From Saccostrea echinata (Eukaryota), in assembly GCF_033153115.1 (NCBI RefSeq), contig NW_026889751.1, positions 8,618,001 through 8,682,000 on the forward strand: a stretch of DNA of 64,000 bases, read 5' to 3'. Within the stretch, counting starts at the first letter, position 1. Every line of letters starts with the position of its first letter. The notes below the pieces were generated by a model. It made no database searches and had not been told where the DNA came from. It saw only the letters and a program-made list of their open reading frames with translations. Positions 12,963 to 26,300 of the stretch are shown here, piece by piece. The position numbers and the translations under genes are program-made.

Positions 12963-14796
12963 CCATTCCTCATAAAATAGACACTGATTGAATCCATGTT
13001 TTCTCATTTTATAAAATTCACAATAAATTCACTGCTGCATGCTTAACTGTGCTCATGGTTTTTTGAGAGTAACTTGCATGGTAGTATTTCTAGAAAATTT
13101 CAACAGAATTCGAAAGCCATATCAATACTATTGTCAATATTTGCAGAAAAAATTAATCTATAGGGATGATTGACTTTAATAAATTTGATCAGGGTCCTCA
13201 CCTTTAAGGAGAACAAAGAATTTCTATTATTCTTCTTGAAACAAGTTTTAAATAAGTTGATATTGGCACCATGGTTCTTTACATGAAATCGAACATATCA
13301 GACGGGTGTTTCCATATGTGATATTTTTATATATCTGGGACAAGAAAAGTTCATTCGGGCTAAAATTATGCCCCTTATGCATTTCATTTTTTTAAGTTTG
13401 TTGGTTTGTTTTTTAGAACTATATCCAGTTTATAAAGATATATGGACAGGGTATAACTTGCAAGACATCGATTTACTTTGATTTGTTGCTCTACAATACA
13501 AATCATGATGTACTCTTTAGCAAATACCAATACGCATTACACAATGATACAAATTAGAATGATCAAGATTTACAAATAAAAATAAATGCATTGAAAAAAA
13601 AAACAAAAAAAGCTTGCTTTAAAAATGGTGGTTTCTATAAAAATCGAACAGGTCTCTGACGTTATATACTAGTATTTTTCCTATAATAAAATAAATATAC
13701 CCCCTTCCTGATAAAGAACTATTAGGTAGGGGTATATTTTTCCATTATAAAAATATTTAACGGCAGATGCCATTGAAATTTAATTTTCTTCTAATTTGTA
13801 TCGCTCGTATCAAGATATGATATCAAATGCAATGTATCGCTCATATCAAGATATGATATCAGATGCAATGCATTGTGATACTTTTTATACTGTGAGGACT
13901 GCGCATCAACCCTTATAATTTATGATTGTTAGCAACCACGCATTCATTATACCCGCACTCTCTAGAGGAAGAATGGGTATATCATTGTTCTCCACGTCCA
14001 CTACTCTGTCTGTCAGATTTTCTTGCCATTAACCCCTCCTTACCTCCTATATTTTAAGAGGTGTCCAAAAAAACAAACAAACAAACAAACAAATAAATCT
14101 GCCTCTATCTGATTGAACTGGTCTTGTAGATTTGCAATGAGATTTATGGTCCCTAGGGTTGGAAAAAAGTGTAGTTCAAAAATAATGATTGTCATTGGAA
14201 TTTCTGCTTCAAAGGATAGCAAAAAAATATATTTTTGCGTACACAAGTATAAATGGTCTTGTCATGTGGATGTTTAATGGAGATTCGGGAGTTTGATTTC
14301 TGCCCTATGTTCCATATGGAAGTTTTTCATCAGAACTCCGTGAATTTCGAGTTTTAAAACTTTATTTATTTATCCAAGGTTGAAGATGAACAATAAAGTT
14401 TCAGATGCTGCAAGCAACTATTTTCCATATTAGTGATAAGGCCAAGCACTGGAGTTGTCCCCAAGCAGCTATAATACCTTGGTTCATCAAAGTTGCACAG
14501 ATGGCGGCAATAAGTATGCATATTGTCAATTTAATCATATATTTTCTAGAAGATAATCAAAATGTTTTTGGATTCAGTTCCACTCTTAAGTAACCAAAAG
14601 TGCTACCCTAACCAGTCTTATTATAATGTTGCATCTTGGGATACATACTGTCAAGCTTTGCATAGTGCAGTTGTCCTATACTTCCTTGATGTGTGATCAA
14701 TTACATATACATCCCTAGGGTCGGAGGGGATAGTGTACTAGTAGTTTTAAAATAATAATTGTCACGCGAACTTCTGCTTCAAAGGGTAGCCATAAA

Positions 14797-15127
14797 AACA
14801 AGAGGCCCACGGGCCTTATAGGTTACCTGAGTATGCCATGAGCCCTGCCCTAACACCAGAACCTTGACCCATGGGACATAAAATTCACAATTTTGGAAAA
14901 GGCACCCTTGCATATTATAACTATACTCTTAGTTCATCAGCTTAATACCCAGGAGAAAAGGACACGATTTTCAAAGAATTGTTGCATTTTTTACAATGTA
15001 ATCATTAGAGCTCCGCCCTAACACCAGAACCCCTGACCCAGGTGCCATGAAATTCACAATTTTGGAAGAGGCATCCTTACTCATCTTAACTGTGCATTCA
15101 GTTTGTTTGCTAAATACCCCGGATCAA

Positions 15128-15167
<40 letters not shown>

Positions 15168-15968
15168 ATTCAACAGAGCCCTGTCCCAACACCAGAGCCC
15201 CTGACCTGGGGCCATAAATTTCACAATTTTGGACGAGGCAACCTTATTCGTCATTACTATACTCATAGTTCATCGGTGAGAAAAAGAGAGGATTGTCAAA
15301 GAATTATTGCATTTTTACTATGTAATCATTAAAGCCCCACCCTAACACCAGAACCCCTGAGCCAGGGGCCATGAAATTCACAATTTCTGAGGAGCAGAGA
15401 AGAAGATTTTCAAAGAATTAATGCATTTTCACTATATAATCAATAGAGCCCCGCCCTAACACAAGAACCCTTGACCCTGGGGCCATGAAATTCAAAATTT
15501 TGGAAGAGGCACTCTTGCTCTTCATAACTATGTACTTAGTAAGTTTATTTAATACCCAGGAGCAGAGAAGATTTTCAAAGAAATAATGCACTTTCACTAT
15601 ATGATCTATATAGCCCCCCCCCCCAGCACCCCTGACCCTGGGGTCATGAATTTCACAATTTGGTAGAGGGCTCAATGCTTATTACAATCATGCCAAGAGT
15701 TTGACTGCTTGATGTCCAGGAGTAAAGAAGAAGATTTTTAAAGATTGCTTTAATTTTGATAGTTTAGCCCCACCCCTCAGGCCCCAGGGGGGTAGGGGTC
15801 ATGAATTTCACATTTTTACTCCCCTGCACCCATAGATGCTATATGCCAAATTTGGTTGAAATTGGTTCAGTGGTTCCAGAGAAGAAGCTGAAAATGTTCA
15901 AATGTTAATGCACGGCGGATGAAAACAGATAGCAATAGGTCACCTGAGTAAACTCAGGTGACCTAAAA
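14797..15968 (-). mobile_element. Helentron-associated non-autonomous element (HINE-like) carrying a ~165-bp tandem-repeat array
   Basis: One end is AACAAGAGGCCCACGGGCCT..GGTTACCTGAGT; the other is the hairpin TAGGTCACCTGAGT-AA-ACTCAGGTGACCTA. About six diverged units lie between (ACCAGAACCCCTGACCC..CATGAAATTCACAATTTTGGAAGAGG..AAGATTTT..GCATTTT). Confidence 0.85.
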
Positions 15969-17546
15969 ATCGTATACATGTACTTTTCATGTGGATGTTT
16001 AATGGAAATTTGATTTCTGCCTTATGTTCCATGTACTTGCAAAGATGTTACTTTGGTGGGATACATATACTAGCAATCAAGTTTCATATTCTGTATATCC
16101 TAATTCTACAGCTGGGGCTTTTCAAGTATTCTAATTCTCATGTACATACTATTCAACAAATGACAAGTTTTATATAACTTTACTTCGAGTGTGCACTACA
16201 CAAGCAATCTGTCATAGACAAAATTGGTGAATAATCAATTTTTTTTTTTAAATGACTCCAGACTTAAGTAAAACAGTAAAGTGGGTATTATAACTCATTC
16301 CTGACAGATGGTTTTGGCCGTTTCTTAATTCTGGTTTCAGAAATATATCTCTTAAATAATGCATCAACATTCTGTAAAATTAATTAAATACACTTTACAT
16401 AGTTTCTGTCATAAAATATGCCTTTTTTCAATTATTAAAGCTTCTTCAGACAACTGTCTTAATTTCCTGCACACAAATTCAATGAATACTGTTTTAAAAG
16501 AAAAACATCAAAATATTAAAGGTAATACAGCTTTGTTTTTAATTTTTATTTAGAAAACAAAGATGAGATTGAATTCAAGTATATGACTAAAAAAAGTTAA
16601 AGTCAATCACAGAGGCATCAACCAATCTCTCCTTCTCTTACATAATCATATAACAACCTTTTTCATTGGTTTAAAGCTTGTTACTATGATGAATGATGAC
16701 TCAATAATAGTTATAAAAACAAATGGTTGACTAAATTAAGTACATGAACATGTAAGTATCTCAAGTACCTTTTAACAACTTGTGATAATATTTTACACAT
16801 TTACAGGATAAATCTTGTTATAAAAAGGAAGCACACATACACACATGCTTGCACCAAATGGAGAAATAACACCTTACAAATGCATGTCAGATCAAAAAAC
16901 ACTTTTTAACAAGAAAAAATTCAACTATCAATCATGGGTACCCTCCTCCAACAAAAAAAGTTTTAAAAATTGTTTAATGTTTGTTTGGTTTTTTTTTTAT
17001 TTGGGGGGGGGGGGGGGGGGTAAATTGATTTCTAAAACCTGGAAAATGTTGGCTTGAAAACAAAACAGCAAGTAAATAATGAGACACAATCAGATCTTTA
17101 ACATGCATAAAAAATAAGAATGCTTTTATTAAAAAGAGAGAGTAAACAATCAAACAACAAAATGATGCACACTGTACAATTTGGTATTTCAAAATTACTT
17201 TAGTCTATATAATATTTTACAAGCAATATATACTCGTACACCATATACATTTCAGACTTTTTCCATTATGTATTACATTCAGCTTTATATAGCAGCCATG
17301 CCTTTCTTAGCATAACTGAATACTACAATGGTGTACAAGTACTTGGCAAAATTTACCTTAATATAACTCAATATCATTAAAATTGATTGAAGTATCTTAT
17401 TACAATCATTTAGTAGTGTGAATCTGGAATACATTCTAGATAACTGAACACAAGAATTAAGACATACTATCAAAGTGTGGACTTTTATTTCTTGACTTGT
17501 ATAACAAGCAGCTGTTCTTCATAGAGATTCGATCAACATGATTTTC

Positions 17547-17577
<31 letters not shown>

Positions 17578-17621
17578 TTATTATGCTCATGCATGCATGT
17601 GTACATGCAGACTTCCATCTC

Positions 17622-19159
17622 TTACTGGATCTGAGCAGGAAGTTCAACACAAAACATTGACTGGCTATTTTCATTCACAAGTTCATACTTCACAACAAGT
17701 CTTATCTAAAAAATAAAATAGATTGGGAACTTAAAAACAAGCACTGATCTGAAAAAAAAATTGATTTAGTCATCCATCCAAATTTTGTTCAGGGTTAGGT
17801 ACAATTATACTCAGCCATAGTGAAGTTTGAGCTCATTTGACTTGAGAAAACTAGGTTTACTTAGCTTGGATATTTAAATTGTGCATTTTATTATTTATTA
17901 TACCTTAGGGTAATCTTTCAGAACTGGAATTTTGTTGGTATACTTGTAGCTTTTTCCAGCCACCACTGGACAAGTGATTCCTGAGTCTACACATCCATTT
18001 ACATTGGGGGGATTAAATGGAATGGGCACCCCACCAATGATACCATGAACTACAGCTTTGAGTTGTTTGGCAGCTGTGTCTACAAAATTCATTTTCCAAT
18101 CATTTAAAATTTCACAAACTAACCTATACATTACAGATAGATATCCAGTTATGTGATACATATGATGAACTTACTCATAGTGAAACTTCTAAAATGATAT
18201 AATAAACTGGCATACTTTAATATAATAAATACACTAGACAAATTACTAACACACCACCAAATGAAATTAATATTTTACTTTTCAAAACTTGTTTATGATG
18301 TATGAAAAAGTCTGAAAATGTGTATGGTGTATGGGTATTGCTTGTAAAATATTAAATAGACTTAATTTATTTTATTACTGTCTCAGTCTGTGTGTCTGTA
18401 TGTACATGTATGCATCCATGGAATAGAGATGTATAATAGAAATACACTTATAAATATATGCATGTAGGTTTTATTTAATAAAGGATACTGACCAGCAACA
18501 AAGTCCACTTCAATCGTAGCATTTGTTCCCCTTTTCAGAGTGCATGGTGCCACAGTGCATCCAAGAACACCGACACCCTTCACATGTGTTTTGCTATCTA
18601 TCAAAATAAGAAATCTGACATGCCAAATTGTACAATTTGTTTAGTACACTGAGAGAGATAAAGAGAGAACAATGTTTTTAATTTATTTTACTTAGGTGCA
18701 TAAATAAACAGCAGACTTTATGCATGTTTTTTTAAGGGGGCTTCTATGGTCCTCTTTCACTCCTTTCCCCAGACCCTTCCTCTTTCCCCCTTCCCTCAAG
18801 TCCCTTATGCCTTATTCAGTCCACCATCTATACCTGTTTCTCTACCTTTCCATTCACCCCTCCCCCATTTTCAAACTGATCTCCAGAAACAATAAATATT
18901 GTTAAAAAAAAAACACATTTCTTTAACAGTTTAACTTGCTTTGTTCTGATCATGCTGACTACTGAGTTAATATAAAGCAAAATATTATTTCTAACCATAG
19001 AAAAAATCTACACAACATTTAACGTTATATCTATAGATCTTTTAAATATGTCAAGTGGAACTTTCTAGATAATCAGTACCTACCGCATTCTTTAAATGGA
19101 ATGGCAGCAGATATAACAGAAAAAAGCACAGTTACAACACAGAGAACCAAAAGCTTCAT
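17622..19159 (-). CDS. NPC2: NPC2-like ML-domain protein, copy D (4 exons; most canonical)
   Basis: Minus-strand exons 19159-19084, 18597-18493, 18079-17904, 17705-17622. MKLLVLCVVTVLFSVISAAIPFKEC..GCTVAPCTLKRGTN..VHGIIGGVPIPFNPPNVNGCVDSGITCPV..YPKIRLVVKYEL..MFCVELPAQIQ*. Confidence 0.94.
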
Positions 19160-19201
19160 TTTTTTCGCTTGTGAACTCGAAGTTTTCCTCGTTTCTACCT
19201 A

Positions 19202-19250
19202 TCATGTGACCAAATCACGTGGCCGTCGTACGATTGACGAATACTTCCGT
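19202..19250 (-). promoter_or_regulatory. Paired CLEAR/M-box-like E-boxes and an ETS-like site upstream of NPC2-D
   Basis: TCATGTGAC (19202-19210), TCACGTGGC (19215-19223) and ACTTCCG (~19243) lie within 100 bp of the ATG of a lysosomal-type gene. Confidence 0.6.
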
Positions 19251-19333
19251 TTATAAATCAAGGTGTGGATCCATATATTTCGCAATGATGTGAAAATAAA
19301 TAATAGATTCGTCATAAAGAATGAATAAATGAG

Positions 19334-19488
19334 CAGGCCCGTAGCAACGGTTTCGAAAGGGGTGGCAACTTCCCTAATCTCGGTGGAGATTCGGCTGGGC
19401 TAGGTATTTGGTCGGTGGGCGTCAGACCAAATATCTAGCCCAGCCGAATCTCCACCGAGATTAGCAACTTCCCCCAAAAAATCTGACA

Positions 19489-19535
<47 letters not shown>

Positions 19536-19928
19536 GCATATCAGCATATAGCTCTCTCCTACAATGGGAGAGGATCGTACATTTTGGCTGTGGTTTGGGA
19601 CGATGTGGGGGGGGGGGGGGACTTAGCAAAATTATCTGACAAGCTAAAAAAAAGCTAAGCTGACCACAAGTGGTGGGGGGCAACTTTGCAAAAAAAATTT
19701 TCAAGCAAAAAAGAAAAAAAACTATTTACTGTCCAAATCCTGGAATTTGCCAGTGCTCGACCTTACAACAACAAAAAGGGGGGGGGGGCAACCAGCATCT
19801 AAAGCCGGGAAATTTACTATAGCAAAATACTAAACTCAGAAAAAAGTGGGAGGGGGGAGGGGCGGGCCCCCTGCCCCTCTCCCGCGTTCTACGGGCCTCC
19901 TGCCCCTCTCCCGCGTTCTACGGGCCTG
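19334..19928. mobile_element. hAT-like non-autonomous element with 5-bp TSD
   Basis: TIRs CAGGCCCGTAG..CGG / CCG..CTACGGGCCTG, with ATGAG on both sides. Internal poly-A and poly-G tracts. Confidence 0.7.
19374..19464. mobile_element. 91-bp foldback insertion nested in the previous element
   Basis: CTAATCTCGGTGGAGATTCGGCTGGGCTAG is followed by its exact reverse complement. The flanks carry a direct repeat of CAACTTCC (GCAACTTCCC if the ends are drawn 1 bp inward). Confidence 0.9.
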
Positions 19929-21680
19929 ATGAGTAAATGAATGAATGAATAGATAATTAAATAAATAAATAAATAAATATTTTTTTAGCCAATTTTTTTC
20001 TATATTGATACATAGAAAGTTCTGATAGTTTGCTTCACTACTACATATAACGTTATGTATCACATGGAAGGTGATGGTGACCATGTAACTGTTTGATCGG
20101 ATCCACTTTTTAAAATATGCCCCCCCCCCCTTTTTAATTTTTTTATTTTAAAAAAAAACACGTATGTAAATATATTGTAGTGTACTATTATGCATTTAGT
20201 ATCCATATGATGAATGGAGAGAGTTACATGTTAAGATACATGTATCGTGATTCAGTTCTACAAATATAACATTGTATAATTATTTCCTTCGACGTATTTG
20301 GCTCTAGTCTTTGGTACACCCCCCCCCCCCCAATTTCAGGTTTCAAAGTTGTTTTGTTTTTTTAATTTTAATATTTCGGATTTCCAACGTTTCGACATAA
20401 GCATCACTCAAAAGACATAATTTTCGAAATGCGCATCTGGTTACAACACAGAGATCGCATGTAAGAAGAAGCAGTTTTTTTCCTCTTTTAAACTCTGAGC
20501 GCATGTTTGTTTATTAATCTCCTTTTGACACCACATTATTAATGCAAATATATAATCACTGTTAAACGGAGAACAGTAGACAAACATGCACTGACTATGT
20601 ATAAAGTCAGTAAAAAGTGGGCGTCCACATTATATCGCACGGAGATTCAATAAATTGTAATGACCCCCGCTTTTGAAAACTGATTCGTAGTCCGTCAATA
20701 CATACTTTTATTTAATGTAATCACTGTTGAACATTTCTTCAATTAAAAGAAAAAAGCTTGTTTTGAAAGTTTCTTTTATCGCAAATTTCGCATTTCCTTA
20801 AGTGCAGTCATCCTTTCTATACAAAATAACTTTCCTCCTATGAAACAAGGTTTCCCTAGGAAGAAAGAAGAGGGGGAAAAAACCAGCCTCTACATGAGAT
20901 TTGAGCCCCCCTTTTCCATTTTTTTTTTTGACTTGTCAAAATAATTTTGACCTCCCACTCCCTCTCTCCGGTTCAAAAATTTCTGGATCAACCACTGCCT
21001 TAATACTTTTGGCATATGACAATTTGGCATGAATCATCAAAAACCATGTGAACTTGACCTTTGACTTGTCAACTTACTAGTTAATTAGGCAAAAAAAGTT
21101 GTTGGTTTTTTTTTTGCTTTGCTTTTGTTATTAACCTTGGCTTAATAACACAAAATGTCATGACTCCCACTTGACACTCTGATCTCTATCCATCTTCTTT
21201 CAGGGACGTTTGCAAGGATTAGAAAAGAATAATACCCCCCACCCCCCCGTACTTGGCTTGTGCAACATTCCTAGGATGATAAGTTGTAAACTACCAGTCT
21301 GTCCTTGACTGTTGACCTCATATGGATTTTCTATTTTTTTTAATATCTTCGCATACTTTTCAAGCTACATGTATGCTGATGTCACCAAAACATAAAGTGG
21401 TGTGTTTAACCATAACCTCCATATGACACTGATATTCAAATAATTCTAAATGGAGACATTTTAATATAATTTTGAATTATGTCACTGTGACCTAATTTCA
21501 TGACAAAATGCCTTTAATAACCTTGCCATAATCTAATGGATAGACAAAGAATGCCACAAGTTCAATAAATAGGTATAAGAAAAATACTGTGACTGTTAAC
21601 AAGCATAAATCTATAGAATATTGATCCCACAAACAAAATCCATTAAGCTTGAACCAAGATAAGTCTAACTGGTATGCTGA

Positions 21681-21858
21681 TACAGTTGAACTTTGGTATC
21701 TCAATTACAGATATCTTGAATACCAATATATATGTCAAAGTGATTTGGAAGTCCCAACTACCTAATCTTTAAGTATTTTACCATGGATATCTCTAATACT
21801 CGGATATCTTGGAAGTTTTTTCTCGGCCAGGAGTTCGAGATAACAAGGTTTGACTGTA
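21681..21858. mobile_element. ~180-bp TA-flanked MITE (Tc1/mariner-pogo type), family copy 1 of 7
   Basis: TA-CAGTTGAACTT..TATCTC ... GAGATAACAAGGTTTGACTG-TA. Related copies start at 31850, 35905, 37173, 37947, 41479 and 47839. Confidence 0.8.
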
Positions 21859-23394
21859 CATTCTTAGGGTAATATCAAAGCACATGTAGACACCCTACAA
21901 AAAGGGCAACATGAAACTATGATCTTTAAAGAATTTAGTTCGAATTCTTAAATCTGTTAATAAAACAAGAATATCAGTTTGTACATTCTGTGTTTTTTCT
22001 TTCTTTTTATTCATTATCTTTTTAACAATTTACTGTAAAAACAAAGTCAACCAAATAAAATGGTTCAATTTTCATGTAAAACAACTGATTTTTAAAACCT
22101 GGTCTATTGTATTTGTGTTTCAGTTTTATATCATAAACATGTACTGCAGTTTTTTTGTCAAATGAATGTTGCATATTAAAATAAGTTCAACTTTTAAATA
22201 CTACCAGCTTTAACAGATATACATGTACATTTTTTACAATTTTTTTCTCATCATAACACAATCAAATGGTATTTATGGTGAAAATCTCTTGGACTAAAAT
22301 TCAATACGCATATTTTTGACTCATTGAAAAAAAAAAAATACTTCTCTTCATACAATATTCTTAACATGTATTTTCAATCTAAACAATAAAACATGTCATA
22401 TTCATATGTAAGGAATTTATTGTGGAAGTATGCATACTCCTATATAAGTTTCCTTCTAAAAACAAATTATCGCACAAAATTTAGGATGAATGGGTGTGAA
22501 GCATTTATAGTTTTATAACAAAATTTAATGAATGCAATTCAAAAGAAAGAAATATCACACCAATTCAAAAGAAAGAAATATCAAACTGTATCTGTCTGCA
22601 AAATACAATATTGTATAAGATAGGGATGTAAAACAAAATTTTTTGATACATTTCAGTTTTTAACCCTTGGAAGAAATATTTATTGGACATCCTTCTTTTT
22701 CAAGAAATATAACAGGACTGTAATGTGTAATCTTCTTTTCTAGTTTTTACTTCAAATATTTAAAATAATAACAGTCAAGAGTGATCATGAGTCCAAATTT
22801 ATACATATATAGGCTTTCATAAAGTTAATTACTGCTACAACATTAATAATTCAGTACAAAAAAAATGTGGAGCTGATATTATCATCAAACAAAGTTCAAT
22901 AAATTAAAACACAAATCTTGCTGTTACTGGAAATCTAAAACAATGTCTTCACCACAAATAAATCTCTTAAGACTCTTTTGTTTCATTGTTGGGAACAAAT
23001 GTTGATAAATGAAGTAAAATAATTTGGATGAAAAAGTGGCTCATACTGTTCACAAAAATCCCAAGTATTTTTACACACGTGTGCTCTGATCAAGTATTTC
23101 AATTCTTAATGACCAATTATGTCAATTAGCTAAAAGATTAACCAACCATTCCTTCACAACTACAGTGACAGACGAGCAAGAAAATTCAATTTATTTCATT
23201 TCCCTGTACCATAAAATTGTAAACCATGTAATATAATGAAAAGTAAGAGACATTGTTTTCTTATTTCATTGCACAAACGAACTGATTATACATGTAATGG
23301 TAAATTTTTGCTACCAATGGATAAATTACTTGTGTTGAGTTCTGATTTGATTTTGATGACATGGGTCATACTTGGGGAAGGGGGGGGGGGTGTC

Positions 23395-26300
23395 TTATGC
23401 CATAAATACAACAAATATAATGAAAAACAATATAAGAACAGCAAATATCTTGATCATTAGCCACCGATTTGATGTCACTGACTGAAAGTACTTTAGAATT
23501 TCACTGTGAGCTGCTTCCACATTCATAACTGCATCATCTGTATTGGCATCAATTCTGAAGAGAAAAGTGTGACACAACATGCATGTAAGTAAAGAATTGA
23601 TTTATAAAAATACATTTACTTGTATTTCTTATACAAAATGTACAATTACTATAAGAACAGATTTATGGGAGGAGAGGTAAAATTATACTCCATCATGCAT
23701 CCATAGAACTTCAAGAACTTTTTAAAATAAAATTAAGATATTAAATCTGAAATAAATCATTCTATATAATTCTAAATAACATTACACTTTTCTAAATTAG
23801 CATGGAACAGAAAGTTCTTTTTTTCCCTCAAAAATCAATGTTAAGAATCTTTAATTGAGTTGTGCTAAAAAAAAAAAATTTATATGTGTTAACCACAAGT
23901 ACTCTGAGCACATTTAGCTAAGTTCTACTGACCTGTGCACCATTTCTTCCTGTTCTTTGACCATATGTGCTAGTTGTGTGAATATTCCACCTAACTCCAC
24001 AATTGTACTTTCTATATTCTTCATGGTGTCTGCTCTCTCCTGGATATAATCATCCTAGTAAACAAGAAAACAATAAAGCTGTTTTTCAGATTGAAAGAGA
24101 AAGCACTCTATAATCCAATATATGTCAAAAAAAATTTGATCCTCAGTGAAGTTCTTAAAATCATGGTAAATTTATCACTTTAATGAAGCGCTGAATTTTG
24201 TTTCCAATACAATGACCCAATGACCACGGTATATCAAACTTTTCATTCATATACACAGTTCGTTGCATTTTACTCCCACCCCCAACCCAACCGAATGCTT
24301 CATAGTCTTTTTTTTTTTTTTTTAAATTTATTTCACCTACCTGTTGGTCTATCAGCTGCATCTGCTGCTGAAATCTACTTTTATCCATACCGTCCATGTT
24401 AAGGACAACATCACCCCCTCCTGTGGCACCCTGGGAATTCATTTCATCTTGAAACAATACTGAACCTGTGGGAAAAAACCATATGATTTAGATATAATTT
24501 CTATAATCAAAAGTAAATCTGATGAAAAATTCAATAATTTACATCTAAAATCCACATAAAAGTATCTAGCTGAGTTCTGTTTTGAGGTGAGCTGATATAC
24601 AACTTACTTAAAAAATCAAATTTCATTAGTCAAACAGACAAATACAAATCTTTTGCTCAATACTATCCTGATAATCATGATACATGTATATTGAACCCAA
24701 TATTTATGATGACATGTCTTGCTAAACAATTTAAGTTCTATAACAAGAGGAGGCTTCACTTCCAGGTTTAGTTAACTTTGTCAGACATCCAGGAGTTACT
24801 TCCCTTGATAATATTGCTGCAAATTAAGCCACTTTATGCACAAACCATGTGGGTATTAAGTATCCAAGGCCCTCAAGTAGAAATACTTTGCAATATTTTC
24901 CTGTATTCTCATGTTTTGATAGAAATTCTTCTATCTGATACGAATCATGGAAATTGACGTAACTTTCAAAAATTGAAAACTCTTGAATAAATTTATTTCT
25001 CTTAAGAACTCACTGTGATTGCTGTATGTTGTGTTGGACATGGCTGGGGACTCTGAGAACTGATCTCGCCTGGTCTTCTGGTGCCTTAAATTCTGAGAAA
25101 TAACGAATCATTTTCTTAAAAATATAATCATTTGCTGGCTTAAGTACATAAAATTCAATGAAATATTTCAAGAAATATTTATTATCCACTATAAGAACTG
25201 TGCTACAAATTCAATAATTCATGTACATGCAACACAGTTAATACTGTTTATTGTTAATAAGTCATGACATTGGGGAATAAAAAAACCTTATAGAGAAAAT
25301 AAATTTCTTCAGTATACATACCTCTGTTCTGACTTCTAGGACTTCCTTGAAATCATTTGACATGGTGGCAAGTTTTGACTATTAAAAGAAGACATTGTCA
25401 AATTAATTTTGTGTAATGTTTTTTTAAAAAATGCAGACATAATTAATTCGTGAATTAATTCCTGATCACTGGTTTTCATAAACTTGTGCATATCTGATAC
25501 ATGTATAAATACAACAGTGTTTATCTTGTCTGCACCAATCAGACTGTGATCCTAAATTGTGCTAAACTTTAATTGTACTACACACCCAATAATTGTAAGG
25601 AAGTGAAAGGAGAGTGACATAACTAACAGTACACATCTTTGGTACAAGGACACACAGACTCTACTAACCTGTAAGGACACAACCACAGAGTTGGAGTGAC
25701 TCTGTACGTGCCTGGCATTAGGGTGTGATTTGGCCACCTGTTGAAGCTGTGCTATCTGTTTGTTCAGACTCTGTATGTCCTGATTAATAATGTAGGTCAG
25801 CTCCTGGATCTCTACTGGCTTGTCATCAAAGAGAGACTTCTTTTTAGCCACTTTAAAATTGAATAAGTCATAAAATTGAATAAGTCATTGTTATATGTAT
25901 TGACAAAACACTTTAATGAAGAAAATTCGAAAAACTGACTTTAATATGCAGGGCTAGAAATAATTATTTTTGATTACTGGTCACTCGGGCCATTGCCTTA
26001 AATTTTTACTGGTCAGCTTAGTACTTTCATTGTTCCACGGGGCCAGTAGATTTTAAAAAGACTGGCCCAAAACCTAAATATCATAGTAATATTTTTTTTT
26101 TATTGTGATTCTTAGATGTACAACTTAACAAAACAAGAAACATCAGAAGTTGGGACACACAACCCTGTCAAGTTAACTAGCCCGACTGTGAATGAATTTT
26201 ATTATGCATGAAAAAATGCTGACCCAAAGGGCACATGCCGTCTGCAATGTGCTAGCCCAGATTGAAAATTCACTGGCCCCAGACCAGCGGGCCATCAATT

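Noticed and set aside
14830-15830. CRISPR-like array
   Set aside because: The units are diverged whole-unit tandem repeats inside a eukaryotic Helentron-type element, with no unique spacers and no cas genes.
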